Source of the DNA: Patescibacteria group bacterium
Lineage (GTDB): Bacteria; Patescibacteriota; Patescibacteriia; UBA10025; JAHIVO01
Direction of reading: 5' to 3'
Length of the DNA stretch: 64,000 bases
Assembly: GCA_028718605.1 (NCBI GenBank)
Contig: JAQULM010000001.1
Coordinates: 19,244 to 83,243 of the forward strand
Shown here: positions 17,808-27,465 of the stretch, in pieces
Layout: each line of letters starts with the position of its first letter
How positions within the stretch are numbered: the first letter of the stretch is position 1
The notes under the pieces: model-generated
What the model saw: the letters and a program-made list of their open reading frames with translations, nothing else
Told to the model about the DNA's origin: nothing
Databases searched by the model: none
Made by a program: the position numbers and the translations under genes

Positions 17808-18860
17808 TTATTGCTTATCGATTAAGAAAATTACGACACCAATAACAGCGGTTACGCCAGCAATAATCCAAAAGCGCATAACAATTTTAGGTTCTGGCCA
17901 TCCTTTTGCCTCAAGATGGTGATGCAATGGCGCGGATAAAAATATTTTTTTATGCAAAAATTTTCTAGCACAAAGTTGGATAATGACTGAAAGAGAAACG
18001 ACAACAAATGCCAGGCCGATAATCGGCAAAAGCAATGCGGCATTGGTAAGCATTGCGACAATCCCAAGCGTGACTCCGAGTGACATTGCGCCGGTATCTC
18101 CCATAAAAAAACGCGCGGGATTGATATTGAACCATAGGAAAGCAAGAAGTGCACCGATAATGACACCGCAGAAAGCGGCAAGATTATATTTACCCTGTGC
18201 GAATGCGATACATCCATACGCGCCAAATGCTGCAAGCAAGGTTCCGCCAGCTAAACCATCGAGCCCATCAATCTCGTTAACTGAAAATGCGGTAGAAACG
18301 ATTATAAAAATAAATATTGGGACATACCAAATTCCAATATCAAAATTCCCAAGGAACGGGACGTGAATGGTGGTCCAGTCAAGCTTAGAATAAAACCAGA
18401 TTGCGCCAACAACAGCGATCAGTGTGTATATTATTAGTTTGTAGCGCATGCGCAAACCGCCGTTTGCCGGCCCGATACCACGCACATTAAGAATATCATC
18501 AAATAAACCAACAAACGCTGACGCAATCAATGCGCCTAAGGGTAAGAGTGTTTCTGGTCTCGTTAAAAAATTCAGCTTTTGGATGCTTTCGATTGGAATA
18601 ATCGATCTAAATACAAAGAACAGCAGTGCTAAAAAAAGTGTCGTTAACCAAATGAGAACCCCTCCCATGGTCGGAGTTCCCGCTTTGCCCTGATGAAGTT
18701 TGGTGAAAACTGGCGTTTCCGCCTCATCACGGATCTTTTTGCCAAGACGGTATTGGTATAATAAATGTGTCAAAAGAGGCGTCCATGCGAACGCGACAAC
18801 AAATGAAAGAGTCGTTAATATAAAGACTTTTATTATATCAAAATTTGGTTCTACTCCCAT
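17808..18860 (-). CDS. mraY: Phospho-N-acetylmuramoyl-pentapeptide transferase
   Basis: KAGTPTMGG, GLFDD, NEIDGLDGL, FMGDTG and APLHHHLE. Confidence 0.97.
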   Translation of the reverse strand: MGVEPNFDIIKVFILTTLSFVVAFAWTPLLTHLLYQYRLGKKIRDEAETPVFTKLHQGKAGTPTMGGVLIWLTTLFLALLFFVFRSIIPIESIQKLNFLTRPETLLPLGALIASAFVGLFDDILNVRGIGPANGGLRMRYKLIIYTLIAVVGAIWFYSKLDWTTIHVPFLGNFDIGIWYVPIFIFIIVSTAFSVNEIDGLDGLAGGTLLAAFGAYGCIAFAQGKYNLAAFCGVIIGALLAFLWFNINPARFFMGDTGAMSLGVTLGIVAMLTNAALLLPIIGLAFVVVSLSVIIQLCARKFLHKKIFLSAPLHHHLEAKGWPEPKIVMRFWIIAGVTAVIGVVIFLIDKQ

Positions 18861-18866
18861 ACAGTA

Positions 18867-19217
18867 TTATGCATTGAGCTCAATGATAAGGTATGAGGCG
18901 ACAAGAAGAATAATCTGCTGAAGAATGGTACAATATCCAATCATCATTGCAAGGTTTGCACTGCGTTTGTGAGTAAATAATGCGAGTAGGAAATTGATGA
19001 TGACCAGTGATAAGCCTGCGGCCGGAAGAATATAAATGCGAGCCCACGGACCGATTAGATCAACGCCGTAGTAAATGTTATAATGGAGGTATAAAATATC
19101 GCTATGGCTGCCTAAACTGAAAAAAATATACGCCCATATGCTGCAATTCAGCAATATGCTGATGATAACGGGAAGCCTGACTTTTTTATCATGAATTGTA
19201 TTCGTCAACGCAATCAT
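18867..19217 (-). CDS. Small 3-TM membrane protein (LHYNIYxGVD motif; DUF1648-like) upstream of mraY
   Basis: Hydrophobic helices and a LHYNIYYGVDLIGPW loop; 6 bp from mraY. Confidence 0.75.
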   Translation of the reverse strand: MIALTNTIHDKKVRLPVIISILLNCSIWAYIFFSLGSHSDILYLHYNIYYGVDLIGPWARIYILPAAGLSLVIINFLLALFTHKRSANLAMMIGYCTILQQIILLVASYLIIELNA

Positions 19218-19219
19218 AA

Positions 19220-21025
19220 ATGAATTTTACTGGAATAATCGAACGGAAATTTATTCTTGCAATGTGCGTAATCCTGCTCATTGGTTTCATGCTTTTTCTG
19301 CAAGTATCTTCCGCCCTCCAGGAAACTCAAACAATTGACGAAGGCGTACATCTTGCTGCTGGTTTTAGTTACCTCATGAAAAATGACTTTCGGATGAATC
19401 CTGAACATCCTCCTCTGCTTAAGGAGCTTGCCGCACTTCCCTTATTTATTATAAAAAATAAACTCCAGTCGCCATTTTCGCATTATAGTTGGCTTACTTC
19501 AAATGAATGGCAATTTGCGCGAGATCTACTGTATGAAAATTCTTTATCTCCCGATGTGATCCTCTTTTTGGGCAGGATTCCATTCATGCTATTGAGCGCC
19601 CTGCTGTGTGTGTTCGTATTCAAGTGGTCGCGAGAATTATTTAGCACCTGGGGCGGACTCCTTTCACTAACGCTCTTCTGCTTGTGGCCGACGATCATCG
19701 CGCATGGCAGGTACGTCACTACCGATGTCGGCGTCGGATTATTATACTTCTTAACAATATACTATTTTTATAAATATCTCAAGTATACAAGCATCAGAAA
19801 TATGCTTTTTTGCGCTGGCTTTTTTGCGCTAGCAATCAGTGCAAAATTTTCCGCCTTACTTCTTATCCCAACTATTTTTATAATTTATGTACTGTACCTG
19901 GTCCGGCTCTATAACAGTCAACTGCAAAAAACGTCAGTTAAACGTTTCCTTTGGTTTCTGCTTGCACTGGTAGCATTTTCATTTATTGCCCAGCAGCTCA
20001 CCTATGGATTTGAATGGAAAATTCCTTGGCAGGACCCTGATGTTCAGAATCTTTATAGAATTCGGGAAAATATTTTATCTTCAGGACAATTCGATCAAAA
20101 AGGCTCCCTCGTGCAGCATCTAGTAACGTGGTCAGACCCAGCAAAGCCACTCGGCAAATTCCTCCAAACTATTGGGCAAAAAATTCCAGTCCCTTCCTAC
20201 TCATACTGGAAAGGTTTTGTAATTTTGATGACACACAATTATGGCGGCCACATGTCATATCTGATGGGAAACTATTCTCAGTACGGTTGGTGGTATTACT
20301 TTCCGATCGCCTTTCTCGTCAAAACGCCACTTTCAATCCTAGCGCTAACAGTGTTTCTTATCGGTATTTGTCTCTATGGAATATATCGTCGGTTTCGGCA
20401 TAATCGGTTTATCCTCGCTTTTCAAAAAATTCCACTGTATTCAATAGTGATTTTTGTTACAATCGTTTTATACCTTGGATTTAGTATGGCTTCGAGCATT
20501 AATATTGGGGAACGCCACATAATTCCTTTGTACCCATTTTTAGCTGTTGCTCTTGGCGCGATAACAACAGTACGAATTAAGAAGATAAGATATAAGAGAA
20601 TTTTTTCCGCCTTTCTTACGATGACGGTAGCTTATTCTTTTGTTTCCGTCCTCTGCATTAGTCCTGATTTCTTGGCGTATTTTAATGAATTCGCCGGAGG
20701 CCCAGATAATGGACCTCGTTATTTAGTAGATTCTAATATTGATTGGGGTCAGGATGTGAAAAAATTAAAGCACTATTTAACTCAAACAAATACGCCGTAT
20801 GTTTGCATGAGTTATTTTGGGCAAGCGAAACTCGATTATTATGGGATTGACTATCGGTATTTGCCCACAAATGAAACATTTACCAGTACGGAATCGATTG
20901 ATTGTTTAGTCGCGATTAGCGTCACGAGTTTGCTCTCATCCGATGGGTCATATGAATGGCTTCGGCACTTTAATCCGACTAATAAAATCGGATATTCAAT
21001 ATACCTTTACGATTTTCGTAATTGA
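19220..21025 (+). CDS. GT-C fold glycosyltransferase, family 39/ArnT-PMT-like
   Basis: TIDEGVH, NPEHPPLLK, HGRYVTTD, AKFS, WWYYFP and DSNIDWGQD; many TM helices. Confidence 0.88.
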   Translation: MNFTGIIERKFILAMCVILLIGFMLFLQVSSALQETQTIDEGVHLAAGFSYLMKNDFRMNPEHPPLLKELAALPLFIIKNKLQSPFSHYSWLTSNEWQFARDLLYENSLSPDVILFLGRIPFMLLSALLCVFVFKWSRELFSTWGGLLSLTLFCLWPTIIAHGRYVTTDVGVGLLYFLTIYYFYKYLKYTSIRNMLFCAGFFALAISAKFSALLLIPTIFIIYVLYLVRLYNSQLQKTSVKRFLWFLLALVAFSFIAQQLTYGFEWKIPWQDPDVQNLYRIRENILSSGQFDQKGSLVQHLVTWSDPAKPLGKFLQTIGQKIPVPSYSYWKGFVILMTHNYGGHMSYLMGNYSQYGWWYYFPIAFLVKTPLSILALTVFLIGICLYGIYRRFRHNRFILAFQKIPLYSIVIFVTIVLYLGFSMASSINIGERHIIPLYPFLAVALGAITTVRIKKIRYKRIFSAFLTMTVAYSFVSVLCISPDFLAYFNEFAGGPDNGPRYLVDSNIDWGQDVKKLKHYLTQTNTPYVCMSYFGQAKLDYYGIDYRYLPTNETFTSTESIDCLVAISVTSLLSSDGSYEWLRHFNPTNKIGYSIYLYDFRN

Positions 21026-21047
21026 AGATTTGCAAATATCTGAAGTT

Positions 21048-21076
21048 TTGACGAATACAAAAAAATGTGATATAAT
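21048..21076 (+). promoter_or_regulatory. Strong sigma70 promoter of the pilus operon
   Basis: TTGACG-N17-TATAAT with extended TG. Confidence 0.75.
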
Positions 21077-21102
21077 AAAAGCACTTTTTTGACCAATTTC
21101 CT

Positions 21103-22833
21103 ATGATTCCTGATAAGGAATTAATCGAGATTATCAAGCAAACCAAGATAATACCCGACGAGCAGCTTTCCGAGGCTGCCGCACGGGCACAGTCGGAGAC
21201 TATTCCCCTCTCCCAGTATATTGTCGACAAGAATCTTGTTTCCGAAAATTCGCTTTTTGAATCTATAGCGAATTATTACAAAATTCCTTTTATTGATTTG
21301 CGCAGGGCTACGATTCGGAAGGATATTTTGACTCTTATCCCGGAAACGATCGTCCAGTCCTATCAAATCGTAGCATTTGAAAAAACTGAAACCGGGCTTA
21401 AAGTTGCTACAGTAGACCCGAAAAATTTGCAAATAATTGAGTTCCTGAGAAAAAAAACAGGCCTTTCAATTTTAGTGAACGTAACGACACCCTCCAGCGT
21501 TAAGGAAATTTTATCTCAATTCCACAAAGGCCTTTCCTCGGAATTTAAAAAAATTTCAAAAGCAGAGGAATCCAACGATTCGTCAAAGATCGAGGACCTC
21601 AAGCAACTTGCCCAGGATTTGCCGATCGTCAGGATAGTTGACACACTGCTCGAGTATGCAATATTCGAGGAGGCCTCTGATATTCACATCGAACCAACCG
21701 AAAAAGATATCCTTATCCGCTATCGAGTTGATGGCATACTGCGCGAGGTGATGCGTTTGCCGAAAAAAGTCCAAGCGGGCATCACGGCACGTATCAAAAT
21801 TTTATCAAATTTAAAAATCGACGAGCACCGACTTCCCCAAGACGGCCGTTTTAAGATTTCCACTGCTGACTATAAAATTGCTTTTCGTGTATCGATTATT
21901 CCCGTTTTTGACGGTGAAAAAATCGTCATGCGTCTGCTGAATGAGTCTGCAAAAATACTGTCTCTTGAACAAATCGGGCTTCAGCTTAAAGCCCTCGATG
22001 TCATAAAAATAAATGTAAAAAAATCCCAGGGCATGATTCTGGTAACAGGCCCAACGGGCAGTGGAAAAACTACAACACTCTATACAATACTCAATATACT
22101 GAATGACCCGAAAGTTAATATCTCCACTATTGAAGACCCGATTGAATATCGCATGCAACGGGTAAATCAAAGCCAGGTAAATCCCAAAATTGGATTTACC
22201 TTCGCGAATGGCCTTCGTTCACTTCTGAGGCAAGATCCAAATATTATCATGGTTGGGGAAATCCGAGACCAAGAAACTGCTGAAATTGCTACTCATGCAG
22301 CCATGACGGGGCATCTGGTACTGTCTACCCTTCACACAAACGATGCAGCAACCACCTTGCCTCGACTAGAAGAAATGGGTGTTCCTCCTTTTTTAGTCGC
22401 CACAACAACAAATATTGTAATTGGCCAGCGCCTTGTCAGGAGGATCTGTTCAAACTGTATTAACAGTTATACGCTTTCTACAAAAGCAATTAATGAACTG
22501 AAAAAAAGCTACGATTTATCCGCAATTTTTCAGGTCCTTCAGGATCAGGGAATTATCCTCTCATCGAAGGCTCCAATCGAATCCCTCCTTTTTTACAAAG
22601 GTAAAGGTTGCAAACAATGTAATAATTCCGGGTATAAGGGCCGCGTCGGCATTTACGAGGTTCTCGAGGTTACGAAGGACATACAAAAACTGATAACTGA
22701 AAAAGCGTCAAAACTTGATATTCTCGCAGCTGCTCGCGCGAATGGGATGTTAACGATGGTCGAGGACGGTTTTATAAAAGCAAAAAACGGAGTCACATCA
22801 ATCGAAGAAGTGCTCCGCGCAACGCAAGAATAA
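21103..22833 (+). CDS. pilB: Type IV pilus assembly ATPase PilB (GspE/PulE family)
   Basis: ASDIHIEP, RLPQDGR, Walker A GPTGSGKTTT, TIEDPIE, LRQDPNIIMVGEIRD, LSTLHTN and two CxxC pairs. Confidence 0.96.
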   Translation: MIPDKELIEIIKQTKIIPDEQLSEAAARAQSETIPLSQYIVDKNLVSENSLFESIANYYKIPFIDLRRATIRKDILTLIPETIVQSYQIVAFEKTETGLKVATVDPKNLQIIEFLRKKTGLSILVNVTTPSSVKEILSQFHKGLSSEFKKISKAEESNDSSKIEDLKQLAQDLPIVRIVDTLLEYAIFEEASDIHIEPTEKDILIRYRVDGILREVMRLPKKVQAGITARIKILSNLKIDEHRLPQDGRFKISTADYKIAFRVSIIPVFDGEKIVMRLLNESAKILSLEQIGLQLKALDVIKINVKKSQGMILVTGPTGSGKTTTLYTILNILNDPKVNISTIEDPIEYRMQRVNQSQVNPKIGFTFANGLRSLLRQDPNIIMVGEIRDQETAEIATHAAMTGHLVLSTLHTNDAATTLPRLEEMGVPPFLVATTTNIVIGQRLVRRICSNCINSYTLSTKAINELKKSYDLSAIFQVLQDQGIILSSKAPIESLLFYKGKGCKQCNNSGYKGRVGIYEVLEVTKDIQKLITEKASKLDILAAARANGMLTMVEDGFIKAKNGVTSIEEVLRATQE

Positions 22834-22834
22834 T

Positions 22835-24052
22835 ATGCCTGATTACGCTTACACTGCCCGTACGCCGGATGGAAAATTAGTGAAAGATCGGATCCGGATG
22901 AAGGATGAAAAAACCCTTGCTGAGTATCTCAAAGGGCGCGGTTTGATGTTGACCTCATCAAAATCGCTGGATAAGAAAAGTAAATTTTCGATTCAGAATA
23001 TGTTGAAAGGCATGAGCAAAGTGCCTATTGTGCAAAAAATATTTTTTACACAAAATTTGTCAATCATGGTAAAAACAGGGTTTCCGCTTGCTCAAGCATT
23101 GCAGACTCTCGCAAAACAAACGACAAATAAATTTTTTCAGGAAGTTATCACGGAAATACAGCATGATATCGAGGCAGGTATCTCTTTTTCAAATGCACTC
23201 CAGAAGCATCCGAAGGTTTTCTCTGAAGTCTTTATCAACATGATAGCAGCTGGTGAAGCGAGCGGTAAGCTTGATGAAATTCTTATTAATCTTACCACCC
23301 AATTGAAAAAAGATCATGCAATCATGGCAAAAGTAAAAAGTGCAATGATGTACCCTCTTGTTGTTATTACAGCAATGGGTGGAATTGGTATTATCATGTT
23401 AGTCACCGTCATTCCCCAGCTTACATCAATTTTTACAGAATCAGGCATGGTGCTTCCCCTTCCGACAAGAATTCTGATCGGGTTTAGCGATTTAATCACC
23501 CATCAAGGAGTCTATATCCTCTTAGCGGCTTTTATTCTTGTTCCGGTTTTTTTAAGGTTTAAAAAAACTTACAAAGGAAAATTATATATTCATAAAATGT
23601 TACTTACCATGCCGCTCATCTCAGGCATAATAAAAAAAATAAATATAACGCGTTTTACGCGAACCCTAAGCTCATTATTAAAAACAGATATTCCGATCGT
23701 ACAAACGCTTCAAATAATTTCTAAAACCCTCAGTAATATCTATTACAAAGAAGCAATGATTGACGCATCCGAGAAGGTAAAAAAGGGCATAAGCATTGTA
23801 AAATCACTCGAGGAAAAGCCAAAACTATTTCCTCCGATTGTAACGCAGATGATCAATATTGGTGAAGAAAGCGGTACGCTTGACAGCATAGCAGAATCCA
23901 TGGCGGTCTTCTACGAGGAGGACGTCGATCAAACAATGGCTGGATTGTCCGCAATCATTGAGCCAATCTTGATGCTTATTCTTGGCGTCGCTGTTGCGTT
24001 TATGGCTCTTTCCGTTCTCATGCCCATGTACGGACTTGTTGAAGCGATCTAA
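22835..24052 (+). CDS. pilC: Type IV pilus platform protein PilC (GspF family)
   Basis: Two T2SSF domains (GEASGKLD, GEESGTLD), AMMYP and IIEP. Confidence 0.95.
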   Translation: MPDYAYTARTPDGKLVKDRIRMKDEKTLAEYLKGRGLMLTSSKSLDKKSKFSIQNMLKGMSKVPIVQKIFFTQNLSIMVKTGFPLAQALQTLAKQTTNKFFQEVITEIQHDIEAGISFSNALQKHPKVFSEVFINMIAAGEASGKLDEILINLTTQLKKDHAIMAKVKSAMMYPLVVITAMGGIGIIMLVTVIPQLTSIFTESGMVLPLPTRILIGFSDLITHQGVYILLAAFILVPVFLRFKKTYKGKLYIHKMLLTMPLISGIIKKINITRFTRTLSSLLKTDIPIVQTLQIISKTLSNIYYKEAMIDASEKVKKGISIVKSLEEKPKLFPPIVTQMINIGEESGTLDSIAESMAVFYEEDVDQTMAGLSAIIEPILMLILGVAVAFMALSVLMPMYGLVEAI

Positions 24053-24072
24053 TTGCGCCTGATTATTAAACC

Positions 24073-25053
24073 ATGCACATAAAAATTCAGCGTTATCTCT
24101 GCGTCGGGGGGCGAGGATATACGCTCGTTGAATCACTCGTGGCTATCGGCGTTGTCTCGCTTCTAATTTTGATTTTCGGCACGTCATATACCATCGTTAC
24201 CGTAAACCAAAATTATCGTCACAAAAATCTCGCATATAATCTTGCCCTCGAAGAAATTGAAGCGCTCCGCGATACGCCATTTGAAAATCTTACCGACAGA
24301 ACAAACGCTGCCTTTATTAATGTTGCGCATAATATCGGCCAATGGACGGTACAATATGCATCTGATGCGCCGAGTCCATCCTACATCTATGAGCTTGAAT
24401 CCCCTACCGGGAACCCGTCAGGCACAACAGGTACGGCAATAATCCCGGGCTTTGACTATACAAATTTTACTTTTACAGCACAGGTTAAAATAATTTCAGG
24501 TTCACCCATAACATCAAGGGCAGGGCTCTTTTATAGATATATCGACGCAAATAATTACTATTCCACCTACTTTACTGCTACAAATCTTTATGTTTCAAAA
24601 GTCGTTGATGGAGTTGAGTCAATACTCAGTTCAAAAATAAAATCTTTTTCTGCCGGGACATGGTATAAACTCGCTGTTACAGCCACGGGCACTACGTTTG
24701 AAATCTACGTTAACGACATGCTCGAACTATCTTCAACTGACGCCGGGGAGTCATTTTCATACGGTCGCTGCGCTTTATACGGAGCAAACTCAGCGAATTT
24801 ACAATATGATTCTGCCAGCATTACCGAAGATTCTACCCTCACATGGAATTTCGACGCTGATACGCTTGGCGGGGTTGCTGAAGGTTGGCAGCGGTTCGGA
24901 ATCGATGATCTGCCATCAGGAACCGAGAAACTCACAATTGAGGACGAAGTGCCAGGATCATCCGAGATTAAAAAAGTTACCGCACGCGTAGAATGGCAGG
25001 AAAAACATAACACTCGTTTTGCCGAAATCGTGACACTAATCAATGAACACTAG
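24073..25053 (+). CDS. Minor pilin (PilV-like) with inserted ConA/DUF1080-like beta-sandwich
   Basis: Class III signal RG|YTLVESLVAIG; pilin C-terminal strands IKKVTARVEW..AEIVTLI; central jelly-roll motifs AGLFYRY and WYKLAVTATGTTFEIYVND. Confidence 0.85.
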   Translation: MHIKIQRYLCVGGRGYTLVESLVAIGVVSLLILIFGTSYTIVTVNQNYRHKNLAYNLALEEIEALRDTPFENLTDRTNAAFINVAHNIGQWTVQYASDAPSPSYIYELESPTGNPSGTTGTAIIPGFDYTNFTFTAQVKIISGSPITSRAGLFYRYIDANNYYSTYFTATNLYVSKVVDGVESILSSKIKSFSAGTWYKLAVTATGTTFEIYVNDMLELSSTDAGESFSYGRCALYGANSANLQYDSASITEDSTLTWNFDADTLGGVAEGWQRFGIDDLPSGTEKLTIEDEVPGSSEIKKVTARVEWQEKHNTRFAEIVTLINEH

Positions 25054-25055
25054 AT

Positions 25056-25601
25056 ATGTCACTCGCTGAAATGCTAACAACAATTTTTATTCTGGTTTTA
25101 ATTACGGTTCTTCTCGTCACCGTATACTTTATGTATACCAATGTCTATAAAGTGCAGACTGCATACAATCAGCTCAATACGGAGGCGGCGATTACGATCG
25201 ATTCCGTTACCCGTACGATACGAGTAGCTGACCAAGTGCTAACATCCGCAACTATAAATGGAACTGAATACACTACCGATCAAGACACACTTGTTCTTGG
25301 GCTGCTCAGTATCGATGCAAATGGCGACATCATTGCTGATACCAACGATCAAATCGCATATTATCGAGATCCACTCGACCCGTCGCTTTTGAAATCCGAT
25401 GTGCAGACAGGCGCTGGAAGCAGCCGTTCATCTGGCATACGCGTTATCGGTGAATATATTTCGACGTTAATATTTAACTATAATAACACTGATTACGCTA
25501 ATGTTGATAAAATTGAAACTATTTTTGAATCACGAAACACAGCAAGCAATAAAGTGCTATCAATAACGGTTCAAAACACAACCACCTTGCGCAACAATTA
25601 A
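25056..25601 (+). CDS. Minor pilin (PilW-like), apparently leaderless
   Basis: Starts MSLAEMLTTI (Glu at +5) followed by a hydrophobic helix, TRTIRVA, and C-terminal TTTLRN. Confidence 0.8.
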   Translation: MSLAEMLTTIFILVLITVLLVTVYFMYTNVYKVQTAYNQLNTEAAITIDSVTRTIRVADQVLTSATINGTEYTTDQDTLVLGLLSIDANGDIIADTNDQIAYYRDPLDPSLLKSDVQTGAGSSRSSGIRVIGEYISTLIFNYNNTDYANVDKIETIFESRNTASNKVLSITVQNTTTLRNN

Positions 25602-27461
25602 GTGTCTATGAATACAACCACCGAACAACGCGGCATTTCACTATTTTCAGTAATTGTATTTCTTTCAATCATTTTATTGTTGAGTCTTTCTCTGATAAGT
25701 TATGCAATGTTCAATAGGTCAACCGTACAGCTGAAATATTTAACTGCGCAATCACTCAATGTTGCGGAAGCAGGGATCGATAAAGCACTATGGTGCCTGA
25801 ATAACCCGACGCTGTGTGCAACCCCCTATCTTGGGGAGACAACGGATTTCGGTCCTGGCCAATTTGCAACAACCATTACCACGATTGGTGATGGATATAT
25901 TGTCGAGTCCACCGGGACGGTCCAAGGAAAACAAAAAAAACTGAAAGTTACGATCTCCCAGGAGCAAACCGAAAGCAATGCCTCGTTTTTTTATGGAGTT
26001 CAGGTTGGGATTGGTGGCGTACATTTATCTCAGAATGCATATATCGATGGTAATGTATATGCCAACGGCTCTGCAATCGGAGAAAACAACTCCTACATAA
26101 CCGGAGATGTAATATTGACTCCAAGCAATCCCACAACAGATGCCGTATCAAGCCCGGATGTCAGCCCGCTGACGACCAAAAACTTTGGCGATGCGAGCAA
26201 TACAGAGTATCTTGCCCAAAGTTTTGTGCCAACGGTTACTGACAAAATCTACAGCATCGACCTTAAAATCGCAAAACATAATTCTCCGTCCACCTCGGTA
26301 ACCTTGTATATCTACACTACAAGCGGAGACAATCCCGGCACAAATATTTCAGGTGGCGGCCAGCAAATTACCGTAACGGTCCCTGCTGATTCCCCCGCCG
26401 GGTGGGAAAACGGATGGACGACTCAAGCATTCAACCCATCAACGAATCCGATTTTACTGGCAGGGACGAAATATTGGCTTATTCTTAAAGTTAGCAACAA
26501 TAATAGTTCTAAATATTGGGTATCAGCGCGTGATTCTGATAATTTGTCCTACAGTGCCGGTCAATCAAAACTTGACGGTGATCTGACTGCAATGCCCGAT
26601 ACCTGTGTCGGCGGTTGCGATATCGCTTTTCAGATTAATATGGGCGGTGTTGCCCCTACTCTGGACATCCCATCAGTCGAAGGCAATGGTTATTCCCGAA
26701 TTATCAAAAATACTACTGTCGGGCAAAAGGCGTACTACGATAGCTTATCAGGTACAGTAAAAGCTTCTGGCGGAACAGACACATGCAGTGAAGATGAGAA
26801 TGGACCGAATTGTTATGATAATCAATCCGATCAGCCAGTTCAGGACTTCCCTATCTCGAGCGCAATTATTTCTCAGATGGAAGCAGCCGCAGAATCAGGC
26901 GGAACTGAATCATCGGATTGTACAATTACTGATACCGAATCAATCGGTCCTAAAAGGTACAATTGCGACATCACCATCGATGGAACAGTAACTATTGCAG
27001 GCACGGTTTGGGTAAATGGCAATATTACATTAAATGAAAACGCAATACTTAAGCTTGACTCTGGATATAGCACTGAGAGTGGTATGATTATTGCAGACTA
27101 TATTTCCGATCCGACGATAAAAGGTAGATTAATAATGAACAACAATACAAACATTTGTGGAACGGATTGTGCGATCCCAAACGAAACGTACATTATGGGA
27201 ATTTCGACATACCGCGATCCACTCGACACCACCAGCGCCATTGAAGTTTCAAACAATTTGTCGGGCAGTATCATGTACGCGCCGTACGGGATCATTTCAA
27301 TCGCAAATAACGCATCCCTCAAGGAAGTGACGGCTCAAAAGCTTGTCCTGAAAAATAATGCCTATGTGATCTATGAATCTGGCCTTGCGAATGTAAAATT
27401 TTCAAACGGCCCAGGAGGCATATGGGCTATCGAATCTGATACGTGGACCGAAATAAATTAA
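25602..27461 (+). CDS. Large PilX-like minor pilin/tip adhesin with inserted choice-of-anchor-R-like domain and beta-helix-like C-terminus
   Basis: QRG|ISLFSV without Glu5 (typical of PilX), AEAGIDKAL, VESTG, AQSF..LLAGTKYWLIL and GxxYAPYG. Confidence 0.82.
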   Translation: MSMNTTTEQRGISLFSVIVFLSIILLLSLSLISYAMFNRSTVQLKYLTAQSLNVAEAGIDKALWCLNNPTLCATPYLGETTDFGPGQFATTITTIGDGYIVESTGTVQGKQKKLKVTISQEQTESNASFFYGVQVGIGGVHLSQNAYIDGNVYANGSAIGENNSYITGDVILTPSNPTTDAVSSPDVSPLTTKNFGDASNTEYLAQSFVPTVTDKIYSIDLKIAKHNSPSTSVTLYIYTTSGDNPGTNISGGGQQITVTVPADSPAGWENGWTTQAFNPSTNPILLAGTKYWLILKVSNNNSSKYWVSARDSDNLSYSAGQSKLDGDLTAMPDTCVGGCDIAFQINMGGVAPTLDIPSVEGNGYSRIIKNTTVGQKAYYDSLSGTVKASGGTDTCSEDENGPNCYDNQSDQPVQDFPISSAIISQMEAAAESGGTESSDCTITDTESIGPKRYNCDITIDGTVTIAGTVWVNGNITLNENAILKLDSGYSTESGMIIADYISDPTIKGRLIMNNNTNICGTDCAIPNETYIMGISTYRDPLDTTSAIEVSNNLSGSIMYAPYGIISIANNASLKEVTAQKLVLKNNAYVIYESGLANVKFSNGPGGIWAIESDTWTEIN

Positions 27462-27465
27462 AAAA

